Below the pieces are notes generated by a model, which did not search any database, was not told the DNA's origin, and saw only the letters and a list, made by a program, of their open reading frames with translations. A DNA stretch of 63,094 nt, the filler included, from Dimorphilus gyrociliatus (Eukaryota > Animalia > Annelida): assembly GCA_904063045.1 (NCBI GenBank). It is 4 parts of 4 records of this genome, joined end to end, with 100 filler letters (N's around TTAATTAATTAA, not from the genome) between each part and the next. Parts side by side here need not be neighbours in the genome. Positions count along the whole stretch, not along the records: positions 1 to 27,504 come from CAJFCJ010000148.1; positions 27,605 to 40,791 come from CAJFCJ010000214.1; 2 more parts are not named here. One strand, given 5' to 3'. Position 1 is the stretch's first letter. Every line of letters starts with the position of its first letter. The translations under genes and the position numbers were made by a program. This document shows, in pieces, positions 25,146 to 36,128 of the stretch.

Positions 25146-26550
25146 CTTAGCAGTTATGTATTTAAAATAATTTGCCAAGATCTTATCAAAATTTTAATAT
25201 CTTTATTCTCTTTAATAAATAATTGAATTTTTTAAAAAACCATTTATTGAAAATTTCAATATAACATTAAGACAGTATCCTTATGCTGATAGTGGTGAAT
25301 TATGTGCTCAGAGAGGGGCAATTCCATTAAAATCACAAGGGACTACAATTAACTATGAATGTTTATATTGTCAATCAAATGCAACTGGTTCATTTTTAGA
25401 AATAAAAAAACACCAAATTGGTAAAGCATTGGCAATTTCAGGTATTAAAATTTATGGTAAATTTGTTAATAATCGAGGTAACTAAGAAATTGAAGATAAG
25501 AAAGCTCTCTCCTCTTTTATTCCATTTTACCTTTTTCTTTCTGCAGATTTTCAACTCTTAGATTTAAAAAAATTCAAATCTAATCAAAATATTAATCTCC
25601 TTACTGATAATGATTTTCGTACATTTCATATAATTTCTAAAAATATGAATTTTATTAAAATTTATTTTGGTAAAGTTGTAAAAGTGAAAAGTGTCCATTT
25701 AATAATTTCAAATAGTTAGTTTATAATTTTTCTGTTAAGCACAAATATTTTCTTAAGACAATAATAAAATGTTTTTTTTTTAAAAAAAAAAAGATTTAAA
25801 AGATACAACTGTTTACATATCTTGTGGAAATTCTTCTCAAACATTAACAAATTCCAATACAAAATACTCAGCAAAGACATACTTGGAAGGAGGCAAGGCA
25901 ACAGGAGACCGTATAGTTCATTCTATTGATTTCTTATTGGAAAAACTTTCAATAGTTGGTTGTTTTATAGTTATTTCTTTTGATAATAGGCAAGACATTC
26001 ATTTGAAATTATCAGAATTATACAGTTATGGAAAAATTATTGACTCTTTAGAATCTCTTACAAGTATGTTTTACCTAAAAAATAAAGTAACACAGCAAAA
26101 AATACTTTGTATTAATATTTCCTTTTTTTTTCTTTTAGCTAAAAGCAAGATAATGGAAAGAATAATTTATAAATCTTTTAATTATAGAAATGAATTAACT
26201 GACAATATCTATTTTGAAATCCAAATATCATTCAAAAAATTTGTTTAACCAGTAAAAATAAAATAAAACAATTACTTTTTCTCTACTTAAGTTTTTGTTT
26301 TTTCAATTAGAAATTAAATCAGAATACGAAATTGAATATAATTTCACATTTCTAACTCCAAACAATTTTAAATATTTCATTCAATTTCAAGAAATATTTG
26401 ATCAAAATTCTGGAACATTTTGTGTTCATTTAAATTTTAGTAATGATGTTTATAAAATTGAAATTATAGGTAAACATAATGATAATCTAACAGAAATTGA
26501 TCTTTTCTGGAAACAACCAGCTTGTAAGTATTGTTTGCCAATCTGTTGAA
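24850..26550 (+). CDS. Possible multi-exon gene with F5/8-type or F-type-lectin-like beta-sandwich domains
   Basis: Exon-like blocks after tttag acceptors; ELCAQRG..INYECLYC..GSFLEIKK..LAISGIKIYG resembles the domain end in the 36129-38172 gene; structure not resolved. Confidence 0.35.
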
Positions 26551-27504
26551 ATGTTTATCATTATCATAATCAATATTATCAATGGTTAAAAACAATTTTG
26601 AAATTTTGAAAATTACAAAAAACAAGCCAAAAACTTTATGGCATAACCAGAAAATAGTGCTTTTTATACACAAATTCACCTATTTCAATTACGACATTGA
26701 CAAGAGTACAGGAAGTAGATTGATGGAAACCATTGAAATTTTTGTCATTCTTTTACTATTAGAATCCAATAAATCCAATAAATGGTCAATGTCTTATAAA
26801 CAGACTAGTCTATATTATGGTCTTTGAATAGGATAAAGACACAAGGGCCAGTACAATGTATAGCATGTTCAATATTGAAAATTTTACAAACAAGTCAACG
26901 ATTTTGGCTCCATCTATTGGTGAAGAAAGTGAGTTTTTTTGTGTTCAAAATAACAAATTTAGCAAATCAAAGTAAAATGATTAAAAGGATGCTATTGTCT
27001 GAAGAGGGAAAAATGTCTAACCTGAGTTGAGTCTTGCAGTATAAATTACATTATTTAAATTTGAATCCTAAAATCATAGAGTAAATAACCAAAAATGGCA
27101 GCCTATATTTGTTATAGATTTTTTTAGCATTGTATTAAAATAATACTAGAACATTTCTTTTGACTTGTATTGAATTCTTTATTGTCTTGAACAAGGATGA
27201 TTATGAGAGATACACGACTGACTTAATGAAGGGAGATTTTCTCTCTTTATCTTCCTCTTCAAAGTATGAAGAAAATTCGAATTAAACTAATACAACTACA
27301 AAAGTTTCTATTTCTATTTAATTTATTGTCAATTAATAATTACAAATTTTTATTTATCTTAATAATTTCATTGAATTCGCTTATAAAAATGTCAAGGTCA
27401 TTGTATCTGTATTGAATTTTAGCAAAAGATTCGGTAACTACTTTTGGAAGTTCAAGGCTAAAGTGTCCAATTGCATATCCTAATTGTAGATATTTTTCAG
27501 TGCT

Positions 27505-27604
27505 NNNNNNNNNNNNNNNNNNNNNNNNNNNNNNNNNNNNNNNNNNNNTTAATTAATTAANNNNNNNNNNNNNNNNNNNNNNNNNNNNNNNNNNNNNNNN
27601 NNNN
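27505..27604. other. Artificial contig spacer
   Basis: N44 + TTAATTAATTAA (stops in all six frames) + N44; identical to the other two gaps. Confidence 0.97.
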
Positions 27605-27625
27605 TTTTCTTAAAATTTTGAACAG

Positions 27626-27802
27626 ATTGGAATGATGACAACAGTTGAGGCCTCAGGCATTCAGGGAAAATCTTGTCAATCTCAACAAGATTGTGCAGCT
27701 GATCCAGAAATGTCATGTGTATCTTGCAATAGCTATAACTTTGGTATCTGTTGGAAAGTTGATGGAAATAATTTTGATGAAGGATGTGGATATCATAATT
27801 AA
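27626..27802 (+). CDS. Terminal exon of a small six-Cys, probably secreted peptide
   Basis: After acceptor ttttgaacag: IGMMTTVEASGIQGKSCQSQQDCAADPEMSCVSCNSYNFGICWKVDGNNFDEGCGYHN*; 59 codons, GC higher than flanks; 5' exon lost in the gap. Confidence 0.65.
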   Translation: MGMMTTVEASGIQGKSCQSQQDCAADPEMSCVSCNSYNFGICWKVDGNNFDEGCGYHN

Positions 27803-28099
27803 TAAGTAAATGATTAGAAAGTACATATCTTCTGTACTTGAATCTTTCAACAATAGCTTTTTTTGTTGTTGACTTGAATCAATGAGAAAAAAATATTTTT
27901 CTTTTTAAAATAATGCATGTATATTTATATATATGTATAATTTTTATTCTAAACCTATTGTTTTAATAATTTAAATATAAATATCCTATTTGAATTTACA
28001 TTTGCTTTTCAATATCTTACAAAAATCTTCCTCAATTAAAATCTGTAGTCAAGGTAGAATTTTTAAGGGCTTCCTAAGGATTTTTAGGAAAATCTAAAG

Positions 28100-29600
28100 T
28101 AGCAGTTCCTAGCCTGGGTTAGGTATCTCCAATTACACCAAAAAATTCTCAAGAGAACCTGTTCTTCAGTTTTCCACAACTTTTCCAATATAAAAATTCG
28201 CAATACTTTGTAGTTGAAAAGTGCCTGGTTATATGGTCACTAGACTGACTTCTGAAAGGCTTAGTATATCCAAGAATAGGTACCACTTCAATCCCAGACT
28301 TTTTAGTTCACTACAGTGGCTTTAGATTTTGGGGTCATCTCTTCTTCATGATACAGAGATGTGTGGTAATTTTGATCACTTTTTTTGCATCTGAACTTTG
28401 ATGAACAGCTCTCATTCATATGTCCACCTTGTAGGCAATTTGGACAGTGGTTTAGAAATTTTACCAATCTTTATCGTACCTTTATGTTTGACTTTATAAA
28501 TATTGAACTATAGGTTAGGCACTGGTGTTTTTCAGTGCAAAGACACCTATAATTCTTGTTAGATGATGAGATCGTACCATCTTTGATCTTAGGCTCAGGT
28601 TTCAGGTAAGAGTGTTTTTCTCATTTGTATTGGGATTCAAGAGATTTTTGACTTATAGAAACATTGGGGTATTTGGTTATATTGATTTGTTTGTTTCACA
28701 AGCTATTGATTCTTGGATCAGAGTGATATGAAGAACCTTTATCCTTTCCTTGATTCTCACAAATTGGAACATTTAAAACATTCAAACTTCCACCATCTTG
28801 TTCTCCAACGGTTGGAAAATGTTCCATTTCTGGAATTTTGTCAGAATTGGACAGATTAGGCATAACAATAGAAGCTTTAGTTCTATTACAACTGATAAAT
28901 TCAATGAGTTGATCTATCTTTGTTTCCATTTTGCTGATATGGGCATTCAATTCTTTTTCTATTCTCCTCCAGTTTTGATTTGGAGAGTTGGTGCATTTTG
29001 CAACTATTTGAGTTTATTTCTTCCCCGGCATATTTAAACTTATACTGTTGTTTATTATTGCAGGTACTTTAAATTATTGTTGTCATTGAGTGGACTGATA
29101 CTTGATATGTTGGCTGAAACATAATTAACTGGGGCTTATTTCTTGGGTACCATTGTTATCTTCCCCAAGAAAAGAATTTTACAATCCTAAAGAGGTCTCT
29201 TCATCATTCAAGCTTCATTGCCCTGTTAGGCTTTTGCCCATTGTGAAAAATTCTTAGCTGCTGCCTCCAGTAGGAAGCTGGACTGTGCCTCAGTTCCAAT
29301 GTGACCTTACGCTATAATGAACAACTATTCATCATTTCATTTGCAGATATACCCAGGAAAGATAATTTATGTATTACTAAGCAATTAGAATTTTTTAATA
29401 TTTGGAGGTTTAGCTCAGTGGCTAAAGCATCTCTTTTACTCATAGATGATCAAAAGTTTGATTCTTTCAAACACTATTATCTTTATTTTCTTTTCCATTA
29501 TCAATTTTTCCCAATGATTTGTTTTGGAGCTCACCATAATGGATTCATTATTTTGGTCTCATTTCCATGGTATGATGGCCTAATTTTTAGAAATTAATCC
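28100..29600 (-). mobile_element. Degenerate BEL/Pao retrotransposon gag remnant
   Basis: CPNCLQGGHMNESCSSKFRCKKSDQNYHTSLYH at ~28340-28460 matches the Pao gag zinc-knuckle array; the rest has many stops and its limits are approximate. Confidence 0.6.
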
Positions 29601-30021
29601 AATTATCCAATTCAACCTAATTATATATCTCTTTTGGGCAAGCACAAAATAGTCTCATATTGAGAAAGACGTAGACTGACTCTGATGAAGAGAGAGCACT
29701 TATCTTTAACTTGAAAGAGTAATCACTGTGACGAATCTTTAGAATTAGCACTGCATAACTTTCTTAAGCGTTTTAAATATTCGTAATCTTGAAAAAATAA
29801 GTCAGTTGAACAAATTTCGCACTGTCCTACGCGAAACTAGGTGAATACCGCTTATCTCTCTATCAGTGCTATCTGCATAGTAAAATACTGGTTCAATACT
29901 ACTTGCCTATTGTAGAGTATAGCTGACGAATGTACAGATGTACTCGAATAAAAATAACAATGGATTACCAAAGATTTGTGACAGTATATTGAAATTGTGA
30001 AATAGTTAAAATATAGATATT

Positions 30022-32535
30022 TCATATATCAATTATACATTTTTTTAGCAGTTTTGAAACGTTTTTATATTTATTGATATCCACTTGGCAATCAGACAAT
30101 ATAATTTCTGTTAATGGACCAACTGAATTCTCAAATCCTTCACAAATAGTTATCCATCCATCTCCAAGGTTTTTATTTCCTTTTAAATTGATTCTTGTAC
30201 ATTCGGTAAAGTAGACAACATGACAGCCAATTTCATTGCAGATGTCTGTAGTTACATTGCAGTAGTCGATGGAAATATTTCTTAGCTTTGAATACGAGTT
30301 GACAAGACCTTGAAAAATACTTAATAATCCATTTTTTATATTCTGATTTCCACCTAAATAAATATCTTCAATTGCCGTAAAATTCAATAATAATTTTCCA
30401 AGTTGAGTAGCTACATTTTCGTCAATATTGCAAAGGTGAATGTCAATACTATTTAAAGTATTGCGGGATTTTTCCAGACCGTTGAAAATGTCTAATAGTC
30501 CACCTCCCATTTCTTTATTTTGGCCCAAGTCAATAGTTTCAATATAGCAGCAGTTGATTACGAGAGCTGCAATATCTTTACATAACTTTTCGGTAAGGAA
30601 GAGATTTCTAAAATAAATAAATTTTAAAGTATTTGCAGCATTCATAAATCCTTTAAAGTATTCTAAAATTCCTTTTCCAATATTGATATTTTCTGATAGC
30701 CATACAGTCTCCAGTTTGAAACAATGCTGCAAAGTATTGCCAATAATTTTGCAGTCGTCTTCGACTAAATTACAATTATAGAAATTAAGAATCTTTAACG
30801 TTTTGCCTTTGTCTTCCAGTCCATTACATATTCTGAATAATCCATTTTTAACATTTGGATTTTCTTTTAGTATAATTTCTTCAATTTCAAAACAACTGAT
30901 TAATAATTCTTCTATTTCTTCGCATTTTAACTCATCTATAGTACAATTTTCTAAACGAAGAATTTTTAATGTAGCAGACGACTTTTGTAATCCTTTACAG
31001 ATGCTTTTAAATCCTTTTCCCATGTTGGGATTTTTTCCTATATTTATACTTTTGATTTGACAACAATGACTCAAAAGATTTCCAATAGCAATTGTTGCTT
31101 TTTCATTTAAATTACAGTTGTAAAGACTCATTATTTTCAATGTAGCAGACGAATTTTTCAGACCTTGACATATTTCTAATAATCCATTTCCCATGTTTAA
31201 ACTTCCTCCCACATAAATTGTTTCAATAGCTGAACAACTCGAAAGCGCTTTTCCAAGTTTTGTGCTTGCATTTTCATTAAGATCACAGGATAAAAGATCT
31301 AAAACTTTTAGACTGGTATTCAAAGAAGTTTGTATAGAATTCAATATTTCCACCAATGCAGTTCCCATATTCGAATTGTGAGATAAATTTAAATGTTCAA
31401 TTTTTGAACATTTCCCTACGAGTTTTCCAACAGCTTTACACAATTTTTCATTCAGATTGCAAGATTCAAAATTTAAGTATTTCAACGAAGCGTTAGATTT
31501 TTCAAGACCATTACAAATTTTCAATAAACCATTTCCCATACATTTATTAGATGATAGATCAAACTGTTCAATTTTTGAACAGTCCTTTAATAGAATTTCG
31601 AAAATATCGCACATATTTTCATCTATACAACTATTTTGAAAATTAAGAATTTTCAACGTGTCGGATGAAGTCGAAAGATTTTGAAAAATTTCCGGCAGTC
31701 GTTGATTCGAAAGCCGAGTGTTAAATGATAAGTTAACGTGTTCAATTTTATTGTTTTCTTTTAAAGTTTGTAATACTGTTTCAAATTCCGTTTCGGTGTT
31801 ACATTTCCTCGAAAAATTTATGATCATTTCTTCCTTATTATTTCTCATGATTTCATTAATTTTATAATCAATTTTCAAATCATTCATAATTTCGAATTGA
31901 GTGTCAAATTTTGAAAAATCTTCTAAACACTTTTTAATATCAATTTCGTTAAAATTTTCCATAAAAAGTTGATTTAAATTTTGAAATCTTTTTTGAATTT
32001 TATCATTAATTTTAATTTTGATTTCATTAAAATGTTTATTAAGATTTTCTATACATTTTTCTTTAATTTCATCTATTTTTTTCCAAATTTCTCTATTCTT
32101 TATCAATTCATTTTCAACGGATTTCAATTTTAGTAAAGATAATTCTTGATCCTGTTTATTCATTGTTGTAATTTTGCATGATAGATGTTCTTCTTCAAAA
32201 CAGGAGGAACACAGATTTTTCATATTATGAGTTTTACAAAATAGGCTTGATTCTTTTTGGTGTTTTAAACAAATCTCTTCTTTCGATTTCAACTTTTGTA
32301 GGGAATTTATCAAGAAATTCCTTTTTAGATTACGGATATTATTGTCCTGTACAGGAAACGTTTCTTGGCACAGACAACAAGTAATTTTTCCATCTTCAAG
32401 GGGAAGTTTAGATAAGCATGATAAACAAAAAGTATGACTACAAGGTAATGATCTGGGATCTTGTTCCAGCCACGTTTCTAAGCAAATAGCGCAAGTTAAT
32501 TCCTCTTCGTTAATTGAAAATTTGAGGGAAGCCAT
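30022..32535 (-). CDS. Intronless RING-B-box-coiled-coil protein with long ribonuclease-inhibitor-type LRR array (TRIM-LRR), 837 aa
   Basis: C3HC4 RING CAIC..CSHTFCLSC..CCLC; B-box-like CLKH..LFCKTH..LCSSC..H; coiled coil; about ten ~57-aa LRR doublets (LKILNLYNCNLNE / IE.I.L..N..MG.GL..IC.GL). Confidence 0.9.
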   Translation of the reverse strand: MASLKFSINEEELTCAICLETWLEQDPRSLPCSHTFCLSCLSKLPLEDGKITCCLCQETFPVQDNNIRNLKRNFLINSLQKLKSKEEICLKHQKESSLFCKTHNMKNLCSSCFEEEHLSCKITTMNKQDQELSLLKLKSVENELIKNREIWKKIDEIKEKCIENLNKHFNEIKIKINDKIQKRFQNLNQLFMENFNEIDIKKCLEDFSKFDTQFEIMNDLKIDYKINEIMRNNKEEMIINFSRKCNTETEFETVLQTLKENNKIEHVNLSFNTRLSNQRLPEIFQNLSTSSDTLKILNFQNSCIDENMCDIFEILLKDCSKIEQFDLSSNKCMGNGLLKICNGLEKSNASLKYLNFESCNLNEKLCKAVGKLVGKCSKIEHLNLSHNSNMGTALVEILNSIQTSLNTSLKVLDLLSCDLNENASTKLGKALSSCSAIETIYVGGSLNMGNGLLEICQGLKNSSATLKIMSLYNCNLNEKATIAIGNLLSHCCQIKSINIGKNPNMGKGFKSICKGLQKSSATLKILRLENCTIDELKCEEIEELLISCFEIEEIILKENPNVKNGLFRICNGLEDKGKTLKILNFYNCNLVEDDCKIIGNTLQHCFKLETVWLSENINIGKGILEYFKGFMNAANTLKFIYFRNLFLTEKLCKDIAALVINCCYIETIDLGQNKEMGGGLLDIFNGLEKSRNTLNSIDIHLCNIDENVATQLGKLLLNFTAIEDIYLGGNQNIKNGLLSIFQGLVNSYSKLRNISIDYCNVTTDICNEIGCHVVYFTECTRINLKGNKNLGDGWITICEGFENSVGPLTEIILSDCQVDINKYKNVSKLLKKCIIDI

Positions 32536-32934
32536 CTTGTATCAGAGAGAGAGAGAGAGAGAGAGAGGCCAATACTGTGACTAATATAACCATACATTAA
32601 AATGGTTATAAATTGACAAAAACCTTAATAAAAAAATATTCATTATTTATTATCTATAGCTTTTTCAATGATAAGGGATAATTATATATTTGCACTCAAA
32701 AGTTGCATATTAATACGGTGGTTATAATTATTGGCCTATTACTATTTCATAAACGGATTAAAGTCCAACTAGGCTGCAGCTACGATTGGGACTAGCTAAA
32801 ACTGAGCTGTAATTTTTTTTTTCGTTTTTTGGGTGAGATTTGCGGGGTTGGGAAATGGGTTAGGAAGTATATTTAAACAATTGATTTGTAATTAAGCTGA
32901 GGGTTAGTAACAACAAACCGCTAAAATAGGGCTC

Positions 32935-32964
32935 AGGGTTAGGGTTAGAGTTAGGGTTAGGGTT
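32935..32964 (+). repeat. Interstitial (AGGGTT)5 telomere-like tract, probably within a MITE relic
   Basis: agggttagggttagagttagggttagggtt preceded by gggctc as in the 22779 MITE. Confidence 0.8.
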
Positions 32965-33085
32965 ATGGTAAAACCATTAAAACTGTAGCATTTATCAACA
33001 ACACAGGATTATTTGGCTATTAAACAATTTTCATCCTTAAAAAATTTTTATTAAAAGTTTGAAATTTTTAAAAAGTGTAAAGTTT

Positions 33086-33923
33086 TTAAATTTCTAAAAT
33101 TCTGTATTGACAAATTTCCATGTTTTGTTCTGCTAATTCAAATGCTTTTATATAAACAGCTTCGCAATAATTATTTTTACAAATACAATTAAATTTACAA
33201 TAATCCAAATTATTTCCGGAAATAAGTTTACAACCTAGAAAATTTCCGGTAAACATTTGATCAATTTGAGAATCGAGAGCTATATAAACTATTATTCCAC
33301 TGTTGGGATCGTAATTAGTGTTATCTCGGCATTTTTGTAAATTCTTTCCAATCACCTCAATTTGAAATTTCTTGTTTGCAGCAGTCACTAATGGCCACGG
33401 TATTCTTAGATTATATTCTGTTTTTACTGGATCACATGTTGCAGGAGATTTTGGGTCAGGAATTATTCCTGTATTTTGCATTATAGTATTGAAAGTTTCT
33501 TTTGTGAGTTTTCTTATTGAAATCTGATTTTAAATCGCAAGATAACGTTTCTAATGTCTTACATTTCTTTTGTAATGGTTCTGTTGCGTATACAAACATT
33601 TTACATGCATCTTCACTATCGCATTGGTCTTTACAATCCATAAATGTTGAATTATTGTGTTCTTCCGTAAAATTACAGGAAGTAGAGAAGCAAGTGACAT
33701 TTTGAAATGCAATTTTTTCGTAAGAAGATATATCGCCCACACTTCCTGTTGGTTTACAACCGTCGCTACTTAATATACAAAGATGATATTGAAATTCGTA
33801 TGTGAAACATAAGCAATTGCTTGCTGATTGACATTTGTCGGAACATTCCTTTAACGTGAAATGTCTAGTGGCATACACAACCGAAGCGGTAGATATACTC
33901 GGGATACACAAAGAGGGTACCAC
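33086..33923 (-). CDS. Second PAN-PAN plus unknown-domain gene; frame break near 33480 (frameshift or unrecognised intron)
   Basis: TLKECSDKCQSASNCLCFTY, DCKDQCDSEDACKMF; C-terminal YNLRIPWP...YCEAVYIKAFE aligns with 12195-13073; splice acceptor ctacccag upstream. Confidence 0.75.
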
Positions 33924-33939
33924 CTGGGTAGAAGAGCTA

Positions 33940-34700
33940 ATGGAAGATATTCAAATATTTAAGTCCAATTGATGATATGTTTCAAAATTATGATCCTCTC
34001 ATTATTCATATTTATATCCTCCTTTTTTATAAATTCATAAGGAATAAATGTCATATTCAGTTCAAATTTTTTATTATTGGGTACAATAGGCCTATTCTTT
34101 CTTCTATTCCAATTTGCTACTTCCTTACAATTACTGATATTTGGCAAGTTTGAATCCCTGGAAAACTTGACCAATGCGCTTTCAGCAAATTCTTTTGCTA
34201 GATTAATTTCTATCAGTTAAAGTAGCTTCTTTGATTTCTTTTCTTATGCGAATCCTTGTTTCTAAGTTTTTTATTGGTGAATGGTTACGTTGGTGTTTTC
34301 CAATTACAAAGTTTATTCCTTTTTGATTGATGCTTGCAGTACATTATCTCTTTTTACATCTGACAGAACAGGTTCATACAGTAGTTGTTTTTGTTCTAAA
34401 TTTTGTATTATAGGAATACTCTTTGAGTAAAAAAAGTAAATCTTTTCCTTTTTGACTTCCATTTGGCAGAATTTTAAAATGAAAATTATTAGAAGAATTT
34501 TCTTTAACAGATGTGTTTCACTTTCAAAAGATTCTTCCTCAATTTGTTCAGATGTCATATTTGAATTTGGAATTGTTTGAACACCATAGAATTGATATGT
34601 TTTACTGCACTTACTGCATTTTCCCTGCTTTATTCTGGTTCATCAACTCTCTTTATCATTACCCAACAGGTTCATTTAGATATTTTAAAACAACTTAAAC
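33940..34700 (-). pseudogene. MULE transposase N-terminal remnant
   Basis: LPNISNCKEVANWNRRKNRPIVPNNKKFELNMTFIP aligns with LPNIENLRRMVNFNRQKKRPNEPQSIVFELNMAFIP at 59207-59674; GKCSKC upstream. Confidence 0.7.
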
Positions 34701-36128
34701 TGAGTGGTGACTCTATTGATGAATCATAATAATTATTATATATATTTCAAAAAAACATAATACAAACCTTCGAAACATTTTATATGACAAAGGTGAAAGG
34801 AGAATGAACCTTTACCTTCAATTTACCTGCCAACAAAATTTGTGATTGCAAAGAGAACAACTGTCAATCACTAAATATGTTTTATAAAATATTGAGAAAA
34901 AGGAACTGCAAAATTATTACAAATGAGTTATTTTGTCATATTATTATTATGATTATTCATGTGGAATTTAGTATGTTGAAAAAAAATTCACAAAGTGTAC
35001 AAAATTGTTATGTTTATGCTATGGATAATTATGAATTAAATAGTCAGTCAGTTACGCTATCATAATGATTAATAAGAACAATAAAACCTTGAAAAATTAC
35101 TTCAAGTGAGTGAAAATAGGAAAGGAAGTTGACAGTTCATATCTTTTTTCCTAAAGATTTCTTCATGAATACCAGTTTATGTCAAAAAAAAAGTTGTTTC
35201 TAACAATTCTTTTATTATTAATAAAGTTTTCAGTGAGTTTATGGACGTTTTCTGCCAACCACCGGACTTTTTCTGTCAATGTACTTTATAGTATTGTAAT
35301 GTTGGAATTTCTGCTTCTTCAGAAAAGACATTTTTTCCTAACCCCAAAAATTCATTTCTGGTAATGTAAACATAACGCCTGTTTCTTTGTAGAATGTAAA
35401 AAAAGATCAGCTTTGAATAATCAGCAGTATTACCTTATTCTTGAAGGAAAATAAATAAACCATCTATTCCTATTAAAATATCATTGCAATAACAATTAAG
35501 TATTGGATTCTTATCAATAATCAATCTGGAATCTGAATGTTGAACTTTTACCAGTTTTTTCTCAGAAATATTGACATAGACACGCCACTATTGGTAATTG
35601 TTAAATTAATCATTATGGTACTTTGAAATTCAATGAATTTTTGAAGACAATTACCAATTGGAAAATTGATTTTCACCTCCTTTTAATAAAAAAAACAATC
35701 AATGCTCTTTCTAACTCATTTCCCTAGAATTGCTTCTATAGACATTTCTTATGAGCAATTTTTTTATTAATAAGCTTAATTTAGTAGATTGAACAAGTTA
35801 AAAAAATTAAAGGTTAATTATCCTGAACACCTCCTGAACAGTCAGCTGTCACCTCCAAGAAGCAATTTGAACTTTAATAATCAGCCTCAACAGCTCAACA
35901 ATAGCAGTTTTGTGTGTTTCGAGCCCTACCTAAACACCTAACCAAACCAAACCAATTATAATTTGGCTATTAGTTCTATTTTTCAATGAAAATTACCATT
36001 CAAGAATAAAAGATCAACATTTAAAAAACAATATTGTAATGTTACTGTGTTTGTTTTATAAAATATGCGTTTTTTAATGAGTTTGATTAATACAATAAAT
36101 AAATATGTAGATTTTTTTTTTGGAATAT

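Noticed and set aside
27549-27560. TTAATTAATTAA as a biological palindrome or PacI site
   Set aside because: Identical and centred in all three N runs; a synthetic linker.
32935-32964. True telomere or chromosome-fusion scar
   Set aside because: Only five units, internal, and in the same sequence context as MITE-borne repeats.
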